Shown: positions 63,252 through 64,000 of the stretch, in pieces | How positions within the stretch are numbered: the stretch's first letter is position 1 | Layout: the number at the start of each line of letters is the position of its first letter | Origin: Mizuhopecten yessoensis | Taxonomy: Eukaryota | DNA length: 64,000 nucleotides | Reading direction: 5' to 3' | NCBI RefSeq assembly: GCF_002113885.1 | Contig: NW_018408751.1 | Coordinates: forward strand, 531,312 to 595,311 | Made by a program: the position numbers and the translations under genes | Notes under the pieces: model-generated | Databases searched by the model: none | Seen by the model: only the letters and a program-made list of their open reading frames with translations | Told to the model about the DNA's origin: nothing

Positions 63252-63380
63252 TGTCTTTTTATCACTCAGACACTTTTGTTTATAATCTTTAATTCATTTC
63301 ATCTTCATCATTTCTTTGTCTTTTTATCACTCAGACACTTTTGTTTATAATCTTTAATTCAGTTCATCTTCATTATTTCC
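63252..63380. repeat. Two-copy tandem duplication (about 65 bp)
   Basis: TGTCTTTTTATCACTCAGACACTTTTGTTTATAATCTTTAATTCA occurs twice. Confidence 0.9.
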
Positions 63381-64000
63381 TATCAAAGTCCGATGCACAG
63401 TATGGTTTTCTTTTCAGAAATGATTGATCAAATCTATAGTCGTGCCAATAAAAACGGTTTCCAATACATAAATAGTTAACATTTTTGGGCAGTGATACGG
63501 GGATCCTTAAATGACAAGTAAATTGTACAGACATTTACTATGTTCTAATGTTCCGATTTTCTTTTCAACCACGAAAACTGGGAAGGTAAATTCCCACGAA
63601 TGCTTGTATCACACTTTGCATTCATTTCATGATGGAAAATATTTCTATGAACAGTATTTTGCATTCAATGTAAATCTTCTATCAAGCTTTTGCAATCTAT
63701 GATTATGGTGGGGAAAATAGTTTAAATAGTTTATATAATGTTTTAAAAGGACTGGCATTAACAATACATGAAATCACTAAGGCATAATAAATATTAAATA
63801 TCTCACAACGCGTTATAAAAAAAAGGAACTGGAAAATATCCAAAAATAAGATTTCTGCAAAAGATCACTGAGTATTCAGTAACAACATATATTAATAAAT
63901 ACAAAAGGAAACACCCTTTTATCACGGTGTTAAGATGTAAAACATTAACAGTTGCTCACAAACACGGAACTCTGTAGCTAAACATGAATTGTTGATCGCA

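Noticed and set aside
57300-64000. Possible long 3' UTR or intron of a gene outside the window
   Set aside because: No coding exon could be identified, so it cannot be supported from sequence alone.

Overview
AT-rich eukaryotic genomic DNA with spliceosomal GT-AG introns. The repeat types suggest a bivalve mollusc (inference). Five multi-exon genes were assembled by hand from splice signals with consistent reading phase. (1) CTL-A, minus strand, 3056 to beyond the left edge, and (2) CTL-B, minus strand, 11664-7578, are tandem paralogous C-type lectins. CTL-B is a complete type I membrane protein: signal peptide, lectin domain, Thr/Met/Pro mucin stalk, KKR, TM helix, and a tail with NPxY. (3) A zf-CW + PWWP histone-reader gene (ZCWPW1-like, minus strand, 33199-16149, about 19 coding exons) lies head-to-head with (4) MEPCE/Bin3, the 7SK/U6 methylphosphate capping enzyme (plus strand, 34566-37975). 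This is the same divergent pair I recall from human 7q22. (5) CTL-C, minus strand, 51695-47539, is a more distant lectin paralog that appears to be secreted. The rest holds Helentron/HINE-like elements carrying satellite arrays (one nested, with an empty-site sibling in the window), two tRNA-derived SINEs sharing a 3' tail, Penelope-like RT fossils, five piggyBac-like MITEs of exactly 83 bp, several minisatellites and two fold-back palindromes. There are no prokaryotic features or CRISPR arrays. All comparisons with human or other known sequences are from memory and need database confirmation.
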